Below, in pieces: positions 18,416 through 28,335 of a DNA stretch of 64,000 nucleotides (position 1 is its first letter; every line of letters starts with the position of its first letter). Position numbers and translations under genes: made by a program. The stretch spans positions 1,017 to 65,016 of the forward strand of contig PKTF01000064.1 in NCBI GenBank assembly GCA_002869275.1. The letters are read 5' to 3'. Source of the DNA: Ignavibacteria bacterium. Its GTDB lineage: Bacteria; Bacteroidota; Ignavibacteria; SZUA-365. The notes below the pieces were generated by a model. That model saw only the letters and a program-made list of their open reading frames with translations. It ran no database searches and was not told where the DNA came from.

Positions 18416-18903
18416 GACGCATCTTCCTCTTGCTGAGCGAGAGCGGCGTTGACATCATCGACGTTGGCGCGAAGAAGTACATCATTGTTGACCCTGACAA
18501 TCGGGCCGTTTCCGCAGGCTCCAAGGCAGCGGGCCGTGCCGATGTCGGCTGCGGGTGTATCGTTCGGATCCTTTGTTGCGCAGCAGTGCGCACGGATCTC
18601 TTTTTCGAGCCGGGAGGATCCGTTGACGTAGCATGCCGTGCCGGCGCAGATGGTGACTTCTCGTTCCGGGGGTGGGGTGAGTCGAAAAAACGGGTAATAA
18701 CTCGCAACGCCATACACATGACTGGGCGGAAGCTGCATCTGGGCTGCAATGTACGAGAGTGTTTCCTTCGAGAGGTACCCGAACTGCTGCTGCGCGGTAT
18801 GCAGCACCTCAACCAGTGCATCCGGGGCGCCCTGGTGCCGGGTCAGTGCGCGGTCGAGCTGTTTATGTCGACTGCGTTGTTCGGAATTGTGATCAGCATT
18901 CAT
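18412..18903 (-). CDS. hoxE: hydrogenase diaphorase 2Fe-2S subunit (NuoE-like)
   Basis: CAGTACYVNG...CLGACGNGP thioredoxin-like 2Fe-2S motif; first gene of the hoxEFUYH operon. Confidence 0.8.
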   Translation of the reverse strand: MNADHNSEQRSRHKQLDRALTRHQGAPDALVEVLHTAQQQFGYLSKETLSYIAAQMQLPPSHVYGVASYYPFFRLTPPPEREVTICAGTACYVNGSSRLEKEIRAHCCATKDPNDTPAADIGTARCLGACGNGPIVRVNNDVLLRANVDDVNAALAQQEEDAS

Positions 18904-19043
18904 TGTATGCCGGCAATCGCTTGCTGTTGAACAACAGATCCAGAGTTGATCGGCACGAAGTGGCAGGCCTCCTCTTGCGGCAGTACATCGTGGCGATGCC
19001 GTCGGCTACGATGTGCTGCCTGTTCACCTCGCGTCTGGATGGC

Positions 19044-20378
19044 TCACAAGAGGTCACTGGCCATCTCAGCGAGTTCGCTGCGCTCACCCTTTTCCAGGGT
19101 GACATGAGCATAGAGTTTCTGTCCCTTCATCTTGTCGATCAGATAGCTGAGACCATTCGAACGGCTGTCGAGATACGGATGGTCAATCTGATAGATATCA
19201 CCGGTGAACACGAATTTCGTGCCTTCTCCGGCCCGCGTGATGATGGTCTTGATCTCATGCGGTGTCAGATTCTGCGCCTCATCCACGATGAAGAAGATGT
19301 TGACGAGGCTGCGGCCACGAATGTAGGCAAGGGGAGAGATGACGAGTTTCTCTTCCTTCAGCATTTCCTGGATACGGCGGTGCTTGACATCTGATTCCGC
19401 GAACTGGTTCTGTATCACTCCGAGATTATCGAAGAGTGGCTGCATGTACGGATCGAGCTTGGAATGGATGTCGCCGGGAAGGTATCCGAGATCCTTGTTG
19501 CTCAGCGGCACGACCGGCCTGGCCAGGTAAATCTGTCTGTAAAGCTTGCGCTTCTCCAGTGCCGCAGCCAGTGCGAGCAGTGTTTTGCCGGTACCTGCTT
19601 TTCCGCACATGGACACGAGCTGAATGTTAGGATCGGTGAGCGCGTTCATGGCGAACGTCTGCTCGGAGTTTCTGGGGGTGATGCCGTACGAAGAGAACTT
19701 GTCCACGCGTTTCATCATCTCCATGGTGGCATCGTAAACGGCGAGCGCAGATTTGCGTCCACACCGAACAATGAAAAACTCATTCGGTTTAAACTTCTCA
19801 TGGCCTTCAAAATGCTCGGCCGGTACCTCATAGGGTGGCTGATAGAGAGAGTCGATGAGGGTCTCGTCGACATTTTCCAGAACACTTCTGCCAGTGTACA
19901 GTGTGTCGAGGTCCATGACCATGTCTGAGACATAGTCCTGAGACATCAGTCCGACACCCTTCGCCTTCATGCGCAGGTTCACGTCCTTGGTAACGAGAAG
20001 CACCTGTCGGCGAGGATGGGCCTTATTGAGGGCAAAGGCACAGTGGAGAATACGGTGATCAGGCGTCTGGCTGGGGAAGCTGAGAGAGAATTCCTTATCG
20101 ATTTCCGAATCGAGGCGGATACTGATATTGCCCATCCCTTTGCCGATTTTCACACCGCCATTGAACAGTTTGTCTCCGCTCAGGGCATCGAGACCGCGCA
20201 CGAATTGGCGCGCGTGGAAGTTCAGTGAATCATTGCCTTTCTTGAACTGGTCGAGTTCCTCAAGGACTGCGATGGGAATGACAATGTCATGTTCTTCGAA
20301 TTTGTAGATGGAGGAGCTGTCGTGGAGGATGACATTGGTATCAATAACGAAGATTTTTCTGGGTTTACGCGGCGGCAT
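19044..20378 (-). CDS. PhoH-like ATPase with N-terminal PIN domain (YlaK-type)
   Basis: PIN-like N-terminus ([12 protein letters not shown]), Walker A GKAGTGKT, PhoH C-terminal region; ATG at 20378. Confidence 0.8.
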   Translation of the reverse strand: MPPRKPRKIFVIDTNVILHDSSSIYKFEEHDIVIPIAVLEELDQFKKGNDSLNFHARQFVRGLDALSGDKLFNGGVKIGKGMGNISIRLDSEIDKEFSLSFPSQTPDHRILHCAFALNKAHPRRQVLLVTKDVNLRMKAKGVGLMSQDYVSDMVMDLDTLYTGRSVLENVDETLIDSLYQPPYEVPAEHFEGHEKFKPNEFFIVRCGRKSALAVYDATMEMMKRVDKFSSYGITPRNSEQTFAMNALTDPNIQLVSMCGKAGTGKTLLALAAALEKRKLYRQIYLARPVVPLSNKDLGYLPGDIHSKLDPYMQPLFDNLGVIQNQFAESDVKHRRIQEMLKEEKLVISPLAYIRGRSLVNIFFIVDEAQNLTPHEIKTIITRAGEGTKFVFTGDIYQIDHPYLDSRSNGLSYLIDKMKGQKLYAHVTLEKGERSELAEMASDLL

Positions 20379-20527
20379 ACAACAACCTCGGTGTTTGGGG
20401 GGTACAACGCGTTGGCCTCCATAATTTAGACAGAATTCACTCAATCACAAGCTGACAGATGTTAGGAAATCCGGCGCATGAGCACGTATATTATTTGGTA
20501 TCACGTCATATGTTTCATGGAGCTTGT

Positions 20528-20989
20528 ATGTCATCCCGAAGCAGTTGGGACCAGTATTTCATGCGTATTGCGACGATCGTCGCGGAGCGCGCAACCTGCT
20601 CGCGCGCGAAAATCGGCGCGGTGATCGTCAAGGATAAGAACATCATCGCTACCGGATACAACGGATCGCCTGCAGGCCATCCACACTGCACCGATGTTGG
20701 CTGTCTGATTTATGTTTCCCGCAATCCGGACGGCGAAGAGGAGGAAAACTGCTTCCGAACCATCCATGCGGAAATCAATGCGATCGCCCAGGCTGCCAAG
20801 CACGGCGTGGAAATCGATGGTGCTGACATCTATGTCACGGCATCTCCATGTTACCATTGCCTGAAAACGCTGCTGAATACCGGCATCCGGCGGATATGCT
20901 ACCTCAAACCCTACAAGATCGACCGCATTGAATCCCTTCTGGAGCATTCAAGCCAGGAACTGGTCCATGTACCTCTTGATGATGAATAG
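20528..20989 (+). CDS. dCMP deaminase (CMP/dCMP deaminase zinc-binding family)
   Basis: HAEINAI and PCYHCLK zinc-ligand motifs; the ATG at 20528 gives the typical SWDEYFM-type N-terminus. Confidence 0.8.
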   Translation: MSSRSSWDQYFMRIATIVAERATCSRAKIGAVIVKDKNIIATGYNGSPAGHPHCTDVGCLIYVSRNPDGEEEENCFRTIHAEINAIAQAAKHGVEIDGADIYVTASPCYHCLKTLLNTGIRRICYLKPYKIDRIESLLEHSSQELVHVPLDDE

Positions 20990-21035
20990 GCGGCTTGCAC
21001 AGCATGTGAAGACCATGACAAGCAAGGATATGAAA

Positions 21036-21059
21036 AAGGGCGCCGCAGTGGGCGCCCTT
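21036..21059. terminator. bidirectional GC-rich hairpin terminator between convergent genes
   Basis: AAAAAGGGCGCC-GCAGT-GGGCGCCCTTT, with an A-tract upstream and T-tract downstream. Confidence 0.5.
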
Positions 21060-21093
21060 TCCTGTAATGGTGGTGTTATCCTCATGGAGTCGT

Positions 21094-22614
21094 CTAACGG
21101 GAGACCACGCGGAATTCAACGCGGCGGTTGAGCGCGCGGCCTTCGTCCGTGTCGTTTGTTGCGATCGGGCTTTCCATTCCGTAGCCACGTGCGGATAACC
21201 TGGGAGGAGAAACGCCCTTCTGCACGAGGTAGTCCAGCACGGACTGCGCCCGGTCCTGTGAGAGCTTCTTGTTGTAGTCGCGTGTCCCGACATTGTCGGT
21301 ATGGCCCGCGAGTTCCACCTTGACCGTTGCGTTGGCTTTCAGCCAGTCTACCGCGCGGTCAAGATCGATGTAGGAAGCCGGCTGCAACGTGGCCTTGTCG
21401 AAATCGAAATACACGAGGAGGCGCACGATATCACGGGTCATTGAGATATCCTTGCGAATCATGTCGTTTTCCGAATCGGCCGGTACATCGAAGCGCTCGG
21501 AGTAGAACAGATAACCGGGGGCTTCCGAGGTAATGATATAACTCTTCCCGGGCTGCAGCACCGCGACGTAATTTCCATCCACCTCGTCACTGTAGAACGT
21601 ACTCATGATCTTGTTCGACGCGACATCTCGGACGGTGAGAGCGGCACCAACCGGAGAATCGGAGCGCGAGTCCGTCACCTGTCCGATAACCGTCGTGACT
21701 CCGCTGGGAGGAAGGGGATTCGGAACGGCGAGATAGATATCGAGATCGCCCGAACCACCCGGACGATTCGATGCGAAATAGAGGTCGTCGCTGTTGAGCC
21801 GAAGGCTGCAGAAATAGTCGTCATACTCGCTGTTGATGGGAGTGCCGATATGCTGCGGCGAGGTCCAGCCGCGATCGGTCATTCGGGAGCGGTAGATATC
21901 CTGTCCGCCGATTCCCGGGTGTGTGTCGCTGGAAAAATACAGCGTTATGTTGTCCGCCGAGATATACGGAGCAAATTCATCTCCCGTCGAGTTGATGGTC
22001 GCACCGAGGTTGGTCGCGGCTCCGAATTCACCGCCGTAACTGCGGCGTGTCATCCAGATATCTGTGCCTCCCGAACCGCCCGGCCGCTCGGAAACGAAGA
22101 AGAGCATCAGTCCATCAGGGGACAGTGTCGGTTGCGAATCCCAGGCTGAGGAGTTGACAGTCGCTCCGAGGTTCCGGATGTTTCTCCAGCTGCCGCCGAT
22201 ATATTCCGCGATGTACAGGTCGCAGTCGCCCAGGCCGCCCAAACGGTCGCAGCCTGTGAAGACCATCCACCGGCCATCCGGCGTGATGGTCGTACCGCCT
22301 TCGTCACCGGGAGTATTCAGAGCGGGACCGGCAGCCTGGATCTGCTCCCAGTCGTTATACCCCTGCACGGCAGAATAAATATCCTGATCTCCACCGCGGT
22401 TGGAGGTGAAATAGAGGACACGCCCGTTGCCGAGTAGCAGCGGAGCAAAATCATCATCTGAGGAATTGAGATCACCGCCGATGGAGCGGACCGACACCTC
22501 GTAATTTTTCGGTGAGATGACCGGGCGCCTCGGGGCATCTTCCTGCGCCAGTGCTGACCACGTGAGAAGCAGCACCGGCAGGACAAAGCGCGCAAATCGT
22601 GCGAAATGTTTCAT
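21094..22614 (-). CDS. OmpA-family protein with TolB-like PD40 beta-propeller repeats
   Basis: signal peptide; repeated FTSNRxGGxGxxDIY units; C-terminal OmpA peptidoglycan-binding domain (NRRVEFRV). Confidence 0.75.
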   Translation of the reverse strand: MKHFARFARFVLPVLLLTWSALAQEDAPRRPVISPKNYEVSVRSIGGDLNSSDDDFAPLLLGNGRVLYFTSNRGGDQDIYSAVQGYNDWEQIQAAGPALNTPGDEGGTTITPDGRWMVFTGCDRLGGLGDCDLYIAEYIGGSWRNIRNLGATVNSSAWDSQPTLSPDGLMLFFVSERPGGSGGTDIWMTRRSYGGEFGAATNLGATINSTGDEFAPYISADNITLYFSSDTHPGIGGQDIYRSRMTDRGWTSPQHIGTPINSEYDDYFCSLRLNSDDLYFASNRPGGSGDLDIYLAVPNPLPPSGVTTVIGQVTDSRSDSPVGAALTVRDVASNKIMSTFYSDEVDGNYVAVLQPGKSYIITSEAPGYLFYSERFDVPADSENDMIRKDISMTRDIVRLLVYFDFDKATLQPASYIDLDRAVDWLKANATVKVELAGHTDNVGTRDYNKKLSQDRAQSVLDYLVQKGVSPPRLSARGYGMESPIATNDTDEGRALNRRVEFRVVSR

Positions 22615-22632
22615 GCTGTGTTCCTCCTAGTG

Positions 22633-23655
22633 CTAGTCGATCCGCCAGCGAAGGCCAATGGTGATAAAAGTTGTGATTACGTTGAAGTCGTTGTTGAATC
22701 CCACGATCGGTTCGTTAAATCCGTTTTCCCATCCAATCAGTGCGCCGTTGTCGTCGATGGGAGGATCGACATTGGGATCCGCGGGATAGACACTGTCGAT
22801 AAAGTCGCTCATAGGAACCGCAACAGTCACTTCAGGGACGAGGAACAGCGACTCGCTCAACTCGATCATGTAACCGAAACCAAGCTTAAGATCGATGCGC
22901 GTGTCCATGAATCCCGCAATCTCTTCTTCAGAAGACGCGGAGGTAAACTCTGAGATGACTTCCTGGTCGTCTAACCATTCTGTGTAGAAAAGATCTTCTG
23001 GTTGTACGATGCGTTGTGTCAATTCCGCGGTATTCGAGGATAATATTCCGATCGAAGGTCCGATTAACCCATACAGTGGTATTTCGAGCGGTTGAATGCG
23101 CAGTAGCATATCGAAGCCCAGGTAGTCAAACGTCCAGTCTGTTTCGTGCTCGAGCACTGTTGTCAGGTCGGTCTCCGTGTCCGGGTGAACCTCACCAAGG
23201 TCTGTCAGAAGGGAGAAGCCGCCCGTTCGGTTGTGATAATTTCCTTTGATGACAAGTCCGAAAGCGTTGCTCAACGGGAAATCCAGAGTGAGACCGAGAT
23301 ATAGTCCTACACCGTCACCTTCATCAGCTGCTGCTGTCAAAGGGTAGGCGTGTGGAAATGGGGAATTATACATTGGTCCATAGAACGGATTGCTTACGTG
23401 GTACGGGTTCGGCATGAAGAACGAAACCGGACCATTTTGGAATCGTGAATACGTGATCCCGGCATCGATACCGATGAACCAGAAGTATTCACTCGAAGAT
23501 GTTCGTTCCGGGCGTAAGACATCACCGCCATCCCGGAGCGAGAAGGCTGAGCCTCCCTTTTCCGGGTCATGAGTCGTAGCCCCAGCCCGTGATCCCGCTG
23601 CGAATATTCCGCTCAGGAGCAGTAGGCAGAGACAGGTGCGAATAGTGTGACGCAT
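22633..23655 (-). CDS. hypothetical outer-membrane beta-barrel protein
   Basis: signal peptide from ATG 23655 (MRHTIRTCLCLLLLSGIFAAGSRA), amphipathic strand pattern, aromatic C-terminal region; no recognisable catalytic motif. Confidence 0.5.
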   Translation of the reverse strand: MRHTIRTCLCLLLLSGIFAAGSRAGATTHDPEKGGSAFSLRDGGDVLRPERTSSSEYFWFIGIDAGITYSRFQNGPVSFFMPNPYHVSNPFYGPMYNSPFPHAYPLTAAADEGDGVGLYLGLTLDFPLSNAFGLVIKGNYHNRTGGFSLLTDLGEVHPDTETDLTTVLEHETDWTFDYLGFDMLLRIQPLEIPLYGLIGPSIGILSSNTAELTQRIVQPEDLFYTEWLDDQEVISEFTSASSEEEIAGFMDTRIDLKLGFGYMIELSESLFLVPEVTVAVPMSDFIDSVYPADPNVDPPIDDNGALIGWENGFNEPIVGFNNDFNVITTFITIGLRWRID

Positions 23656-23820
23656 GTCCAGTAATCCTGTTATTGTTGGAGTAGAGGCTGCGATACGCGA
23701 GCAGATCCTCAGTATGTGAGGTCGATCTGCACTGATATGATGGATATGCGGATAGTATAGGATTAATCGGTTTCGCATGCAACCGGATGATTGCACGCCG
23801 TCAAGAGAGGGGAGCGGTGC

Positions 23821-24228
23821 CTATTTCTTGAGAAAATCCGGCGTAAAGGGTTCAGGTAGCAGATTGACGAGGGAGAGAGTGCGGGGTGTACCGGAGGGAT
23901 CATCAAGTATGACTGTGAGTTCGGGTCCGAATTCACTCAGTACCTGCCGGCAGGCACCGCAGGGGGGAACAGCTTTACCGTCGGCACTGATCGCTACGGC
24001 ATGGAATGCGGCGATACCTGCGCTCAGCGCGGTGAACACTGCCGAGCGTTCGGCACAGCACGTGAGGGAATAGGAACTGTTCTCAACGTTGCAGCCAACG
24101 ATGATGCGGCCGTCTTCAGCCAGGAGCGCCGCTCCGACACGGAATCCGGAGTATGGTGCGTATGCGTTGTTCCGTACCTCGCGGGCAGCTTCGACGAGTG
24201 TGGTGACGACGTTCTGTTCGATGTCCAT
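23821..24228 (-). CDS. cdd: cytidine deaminase
   Basis: CAERSA and PCGACRQ zinc motifs; ATG at 24228; the ORF-track extension across the tRNA is rejected. Confidence 0.85.
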   Translation of the reverse strand: MDIEQNVVTTLVEAAREVRNNAYAPYSGFRVGAALLAEDGRIIVGCNVENSSYSLTCCAERSAVFTALSAGIAAFHAVAISADGKAVPPCGACRQVLSEFGPELTVILDDPSGTPRTLSLVNLLPEPFTPDFLKK

Positions 24229-24248
24229 GACGACTCCTGGAAGAAATA

Positions 24249-24277
24249 AAAAAAGGCCTGAAGTTTCAGACCTTTTG
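24249..24277 (-). terminator. hairpin plus U-tract immediately 3' of tRNA-Ala
   Basis: minus-strand GGUCUGAA..UUCAGGCC stem followed by UUUUUUAUUUCUU. Confidence 0.4.
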
Positions 24278-24350
<73 letters not shown>

Positions 24351-24433
24351 GAAGGGTTTTCAAATATAGTACCTCGGGATTTCTCATGCAACAGCGGCCG
24401 CATGATTCGGCGGGAAGCAGCGCAGACCCCTTT

Positions 24434-25078
24434 TCAGAGGCGTACCATCTGGGTGAAGTAGTCCCGTTTCTCCATGGTATGGATGGCCAGGGCTCCCGCA
24501 CGCACGAGTCGCACGAGCAGGCGTGATGCGCGGCGTTCAGAAACGTTGATCAGCCTTGCGTATTCCTTCACCGTGATGCGTTCATTCTTCTCGAGATAGG
24601 CGAACAGGCGCTTCTCGGCCTCACCGTAAATCAGTCTCACGGGCTCTGAAGCTCCGTACTGATGACGAAGAACGCGGATCATTTCCTTGCTCGCCTGAAT
24701 GCTTTTCTCACCGACGCGGACAAACGATTTCTCATCATCATTGTCGTCGATGAGTAAATGCGGCTTCTGCTCACTTTCGGGAATTTCGATGCAGATCACG
24801 TCAAGTTCGTCGAAGTTGTAGATGTCGACCTTATGTTCGATCGGAGGATCGCAGAGATGCCTGGCTGCGATACCGATATCCTCGAGTTCTGCTTTCTCGC
24901 TCTCTACGCCAACAATACTTTTGTCGTCATCCACGCCGAACAGGATGACGCCGCCCCGGGTGTTGGCAAAGGCGATCATTTCACGCGCGATCTTCCTGGG
25001 GGAAGACACCTTGCGCTTGAACTCCACCATGAGGCCTTCGCCTTCTTCAATGCAGCCTGTGACTTCGTGAAATCGCAT
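24434..25078 (-). CDS. AlbA_2 (Schlafen-like divergent AAA) domain DNA-binding protein with C-terminal HTH
   Basis: N-terminal EGEGLMVEFKRK...IAFANTRGGVILFGVDD pattern typical of the AlbA_2 family; C-terminal helix-turn-helix-like segment. Confidence 0.6.
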   Translation of the reverse strand: MRFHEVTGCIEEGEGLMVEFKRKVSSPRKIAREMIAFANTRGGVILFGVDDDKSIVGVESEKAELEDIGIAARHLCDPPIEHKVDIYNFDELDVICIEIPESEQKPHLLIDDNDDEKSFVRVGEKSIQASKEMIRVLRHQYGASEPVRLIYGEAEKRLFAYLEKNERITVKEYARLINVSERRASRLLVRLVRAGALAIHTMEKRDYFTQMVRL

Positions 25079-25216
25079 ATTGCCATGAGTTGTTTTTTTG
25101 CAGTATGGGAAAAAGCCTCGTTGCAGACAATGCCGTTTCTCGGAACTGGAAAAAATATCATGCGGATTTTGTAATATGTTCCTGTGTCATCGCAATAACT
25201 ATCCGATTCACCCAAC

Positions 25217-26185
25217 ATGCCGATCCTGTGCAATTACTATTTGACCTATCGCTGCAACGCGTATTGTGATTTCTGCCATTTCGGCGATCACAAGGCATAT
25301 GCCGGCAGCAGGCATGCTGATACGGATGAGGTGCTGAAGAACCTGCGCGATATCAAGCAGCTGGGGGTGCGCTTCATAGACCTCACTGGCGGAGAACCAC
25401 TGCTGCATCCGGATATCGATGTCATCGCACGTGAAGCGCAGAGCCTGGGCATGCGCAGCAGTATCACGACGAACGGTCTGCTGTATCCGAAACTTGCAGA
25501 GCGACTTCGAGGAGCCGTGGACCTGCTGCATTTTTCGCTCGACAGTGGCGTCGCCGCGCAGCATGACGCGATGCGGGGTGTGGCATGCTTCGAGAAAGTG
25601 ATTGAATCGGTCCGTATCGCCCGTGAACTCGGAGAGACTCCCGACCTGCTGTTCACGGTGACCAACGAGAACGTTGACCAGATGTCCGCAGTCTACGACA
25701 TCGCGAGAGAGCACGGCCTGCTCCTCCTGCTTAACCCCATTTTCAGCTACTTTCGCGAAGAAGGACTGTCTGATGATGCGCTGACACGGACAGAGGAGTT
25801 TGCTCGACGGCCGATGGTATATCTCAACCCATCCTTCCTTACGCTGAGACGTAGGGGCGGGAATGATCCGAAGAACCCGCTGTGCAGGGCCGTGTCGCGT
25901 GTCATTGTCATCTCGCCGGAGAATGAAATTCTGCTGCCATGCTACCATCTGCATTTCGAACGGCTGCCCATCGGCGGGGACCTTGCGTCGGTGTGGGGGA
26001 GCGAGCGCGTGCAGTGGCATCGTGAACGTGAGGGAAGACATGATTTCTGTTCAGGATGCACCATCAACTGTTATTTTGAACCCTCGTTTGCTTTTCCCAC
26101 CAACCGCATGGGAATTGCGGCCGTACCGTCGAAAATCCGCTACGGCTATGACAAGTATGTGCGGCAGGTATTCCGCAACCGCTGA
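25217..26185 (+). CDS. radical SAM protein with C-terminal SPASM/twitch-like auxiliary-cluster cysteines
   Basis: CNAYCDFC (CxxxCxxC) at residues 14-21, GGEPLL, SITTNG; C-terminal C-x18-C and FCSGCTINC. Confidence 0.8.
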   Translation: MPILCNYYLTYRCNAYCDFCHFGDHKAYAGSRHADTDEVLKNLRDIKQLGVRFIDLTGGEPLLHPDIDVIAREAQSLGMRSSITTNGLLYPKLAERLRGAVDLLHFSLDSGVAAQHDAMRGVACFEKVIESVRIARELGETPDLLFTVTNENVDQMSAVYDIAREHGLLLLLNPIFSYFREEGLSDDALTRTEEFARRPMVYLNPSFLTLRRRGGNDPKNPLCRAVSRVIVISPENEILLPCYHLHFERLPIGGDLASVWGSERVQWHREREGRHDFCSGCTINCYFEPSFAFPTNRMGIAAVPSKIRYGYDKYVRQVFRNR

Positions 26186-26424
26186 GGCTCCAGCGCGAAG
26201 GTGTCCATTGCTCGCCGGGTGATCTGGAACATTTCAGGGACTGTTACGTCAATATCCTGATAGAGTCGGGTACCGCACGGGGATCAGCTTTGGGTTTGCG
26301 TGCGATTTTGTTCAATACGTATTTTACCTAGATATAAGATTTCAGGGTTCGCCACCGCACTTCCCTGAGCCGCGGGGCATCACCTGGCACATCAACATTC
26401 TCACGCCTTATGACGAGAGGTATC

Positions 26425-27414
26425 ATGGAAGTCAACATCCAGGAAATCAACGAACGCATTCAGAAAGAAAGCGCCTTTATCGACGCGCTCCGACTGGAGA
26501 TGGGCAAGGTGATCATCGGCCAGAAGGGTATGATAGACAGGCTGCTGATCGGTTTGCTCGGCGACGGTCACATCCTTCTCGAGGGTGTGCCGGGCCTGGC
26601 AAAAACAACGGCCATCAAAACACTTGCCGCTTCGATGCAGGCTTCATTCCACCGCCTGCAGTTTACACCTGATCTGCTGCCGGCCGACCTGATCGGTACG
26701 ATGATCTACAATCAGAAAACCGGGGAATTCCAGACGAAGCACGGACCGGTATTCGCCAACTTCATCCTTGCCGACGAAATCAACCGTTCGCCGGCGAAGG
26801 TGCAGAGCGCGCTTCTGGAGGCCATGCAGGAACGACAGGTGACCATCGGCGAGCATACGTTCGCGCTTCCGAAGCCCTTTCTCGTCATGGCGACGCAAAA
26901 TCCCATCGAACAGGAAGGCACGTATCCGCTGCCCGAAGCGCAGGTCGATCGCTTCATGCTCAAGGTGAAGATCGACTATCCCGCTCGCGACGAAGAGCTT
27001 CTGATCATGCGCCAGCAGATTGCCAGTGACGTACCGACCCCGAATCAGGTGATATCCGCTGACGATGTGCTCAAAGCGCGCGAAGCCCTTCACATGGTAT
27101 ACATGGATGAAAAGATTGAACAATACATCCTCGATATCGTGCAGGCGACCCGCGATCCGCGGCAGTTCAAGCTTGAGCGCCTGGCGAATTATATCGCCTA
27201 CGGCGGCTCTCCCCGCGCCAGCATCAACCTGGCCATCGCCGGGAAGGCGCACGCATTCATCCAGCGTCGGGGTTACGTGATTCCCGAGGACATCCGCGCC
27301 GTGTGCTTCGATGTGCTGCGACATCGCGTGGCGGTGACCTATGAGGCAGAGGCCGAAGAGTTGAATTCGGAAATGATCATCCAGGAAATCCTCGATTCCA
27401 TCGAAGTACCCTGA
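26425..27414 (+). CDS. MoxR-family AAA+ ATPase
   Basis: Walker A GVPGLAKT, Walker B ILADEINR, MoxR sensor regions; ATG at 26425 preceded by GAGAGG. Confidence 0.85.
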   Translation: MEVNIQEINERIQKESAFIDALRLEMGKVIIGQKGMIDRLLIGLLGDGHILLEGVPGLAKTTAIKTLAASMQASFHRLQFTPDLLPADLIGTMIYNQKTGEFQTKHGPVFANFILADEINRSPAKVQSALLEAMQERQVTIGEHTFALPKPFLVMATQNPIEQEGTYPLPEAQVDRFMLKVKIDYPARDEELLIMRQQIASDVPTPNQVISADDVLKAREALHMVYMDEKIEQYILDIVQATRDPRQFKLERLANYIAYGGSPRASINLAIAGKAHAFIQRRGYVIPEDIRAVCFDVLRHRVAVTYEAEAEELNSEMIIQEILDSIEVP

Positions 27415-27459
27415 TCCTGAACGATTTCGTTCGATGATGTTAGATCAGGTAAGAGATTC

Positions 27460-28335
27460 ATGGATACTAAGCAGATTCTCAGAAACGTACGACAGATAGA
27501 AATCCGCACGCGCGGACTGGTCAACCAGCTCTTCTCCGGCGAGTACCATAGCGTTTTCAAGGGACGTGGAATGGAATTCTCGGAAGTGCGTGAATACCAG
27601 TTCGGCGATGATGTGCGCACCATCGACTGGAACGTATCCGCACGCTTCAATCATCCTTTCGTCAAGGTGTTCGAAGAGGAGCGCGAACTGACCGTGATGC
27701 TGCTCGTCGACATGAGTGGCTCGCAGGATTACGGGACGTCGAGCAGGAGTAAACGTGACGTGGCGGCGGAGCTCTGTGCTGTTCTGGCGTTCAGCGCCAT
27801 CAAGAACAACGACAAGGTCGGCATGATCATTTTCACCGACCAGATCGAGAAGTTCATTCCTCCGAAGAAGGGACGTTCACATATTCTCCGCATCATCCGT
27901 GACATCCTCGCCTTCGAACCTCAGAGCAGTGGTACCAGTGTTACAGCGGCTCTGGAGTATTTCAACCACGTGATCAAGAAGCGGTCCATCGTGTTTCTCA
28001 TCTCCGACTTCATGGACGAGAATTACGATCGCCCGCTGAAAATCGTCGCGCGAAAGCACGATCTGATCGGTGTCCAGCTGATGGACCGGCGTGAACGTGA
28101 ACTGCCCGATGTCGGCCTGGTAAAACTGCAGGATGCTGAAAGCGGCAGAGAGCGCTGGATCGACACATCATTGTCCTCCGTGCGCGCACAATACCGGCGC
28201 GACTGGGATGAACGTACAGAAGATCGGGCGCGTCGTTTCCTTGTGTCGAATGTTGACAGCATCGCGATCGACGTCGAGGAGGGCTACATCCAGCCGCTCG
28301 TGGAGTTTTTCCGCATGAGGGAGAGGCGATATTGA
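27460..28335 (+). CDS. DUF58 (vWA-like) protein partnering the MoxR ATPase
   Basis: conserved DUF58 core (YQFGDDVRTIDWNVSAR, LLVDMSGSQ); operon position. Confidence 0.75.
   Translation: MDTKQILRNVRQIEIRTRGLVNQLFSGEYHSVFKGRGMEFSEVREYQFGDDVRTIDWNVSARFNHPFVKVFEEERELTVMLLVDMSGSQDYGTSSRSKRDVAAELCAVLAFSAIKNNDKVGMIIFTDQIEKFIPPKKGRSHILRIIRDILAFEPQSSGTSVTAALEYFNHVIKKRSIVFLISDFMDENYDRPLKIVARKHDLIGVQLMDRRERELPDVGLVKLQDAESGRERWIDTSLSSVRAQYRRDWDERTEDRARRFLVSNVDSIAIDVEEGYIQPLVEFFRMRERRY

Noticed and set aside
25079-25216. 30-aa peptide MSCFFAVWEKASLQTMPFLGTGKNIMRIL upstream of the radical SAM gene, as a possible precursor peptide
   Set aside because: It is the tail of an antisense ORF (24758-25174) with no RBS. 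It is included in the findings only as something to screen, not called as a feature.
25217-26185. Radical SAM considered as a prokaryotic viperin (antiviral rSAM)
   Set aside because: Only the generic CxxxCxxC, GGEP and TNG elements are shared. The C-terminal Cys cluster points to SPASM/twitch enzymes rather than viperin, and no adjacent nucleotide kinase is present.
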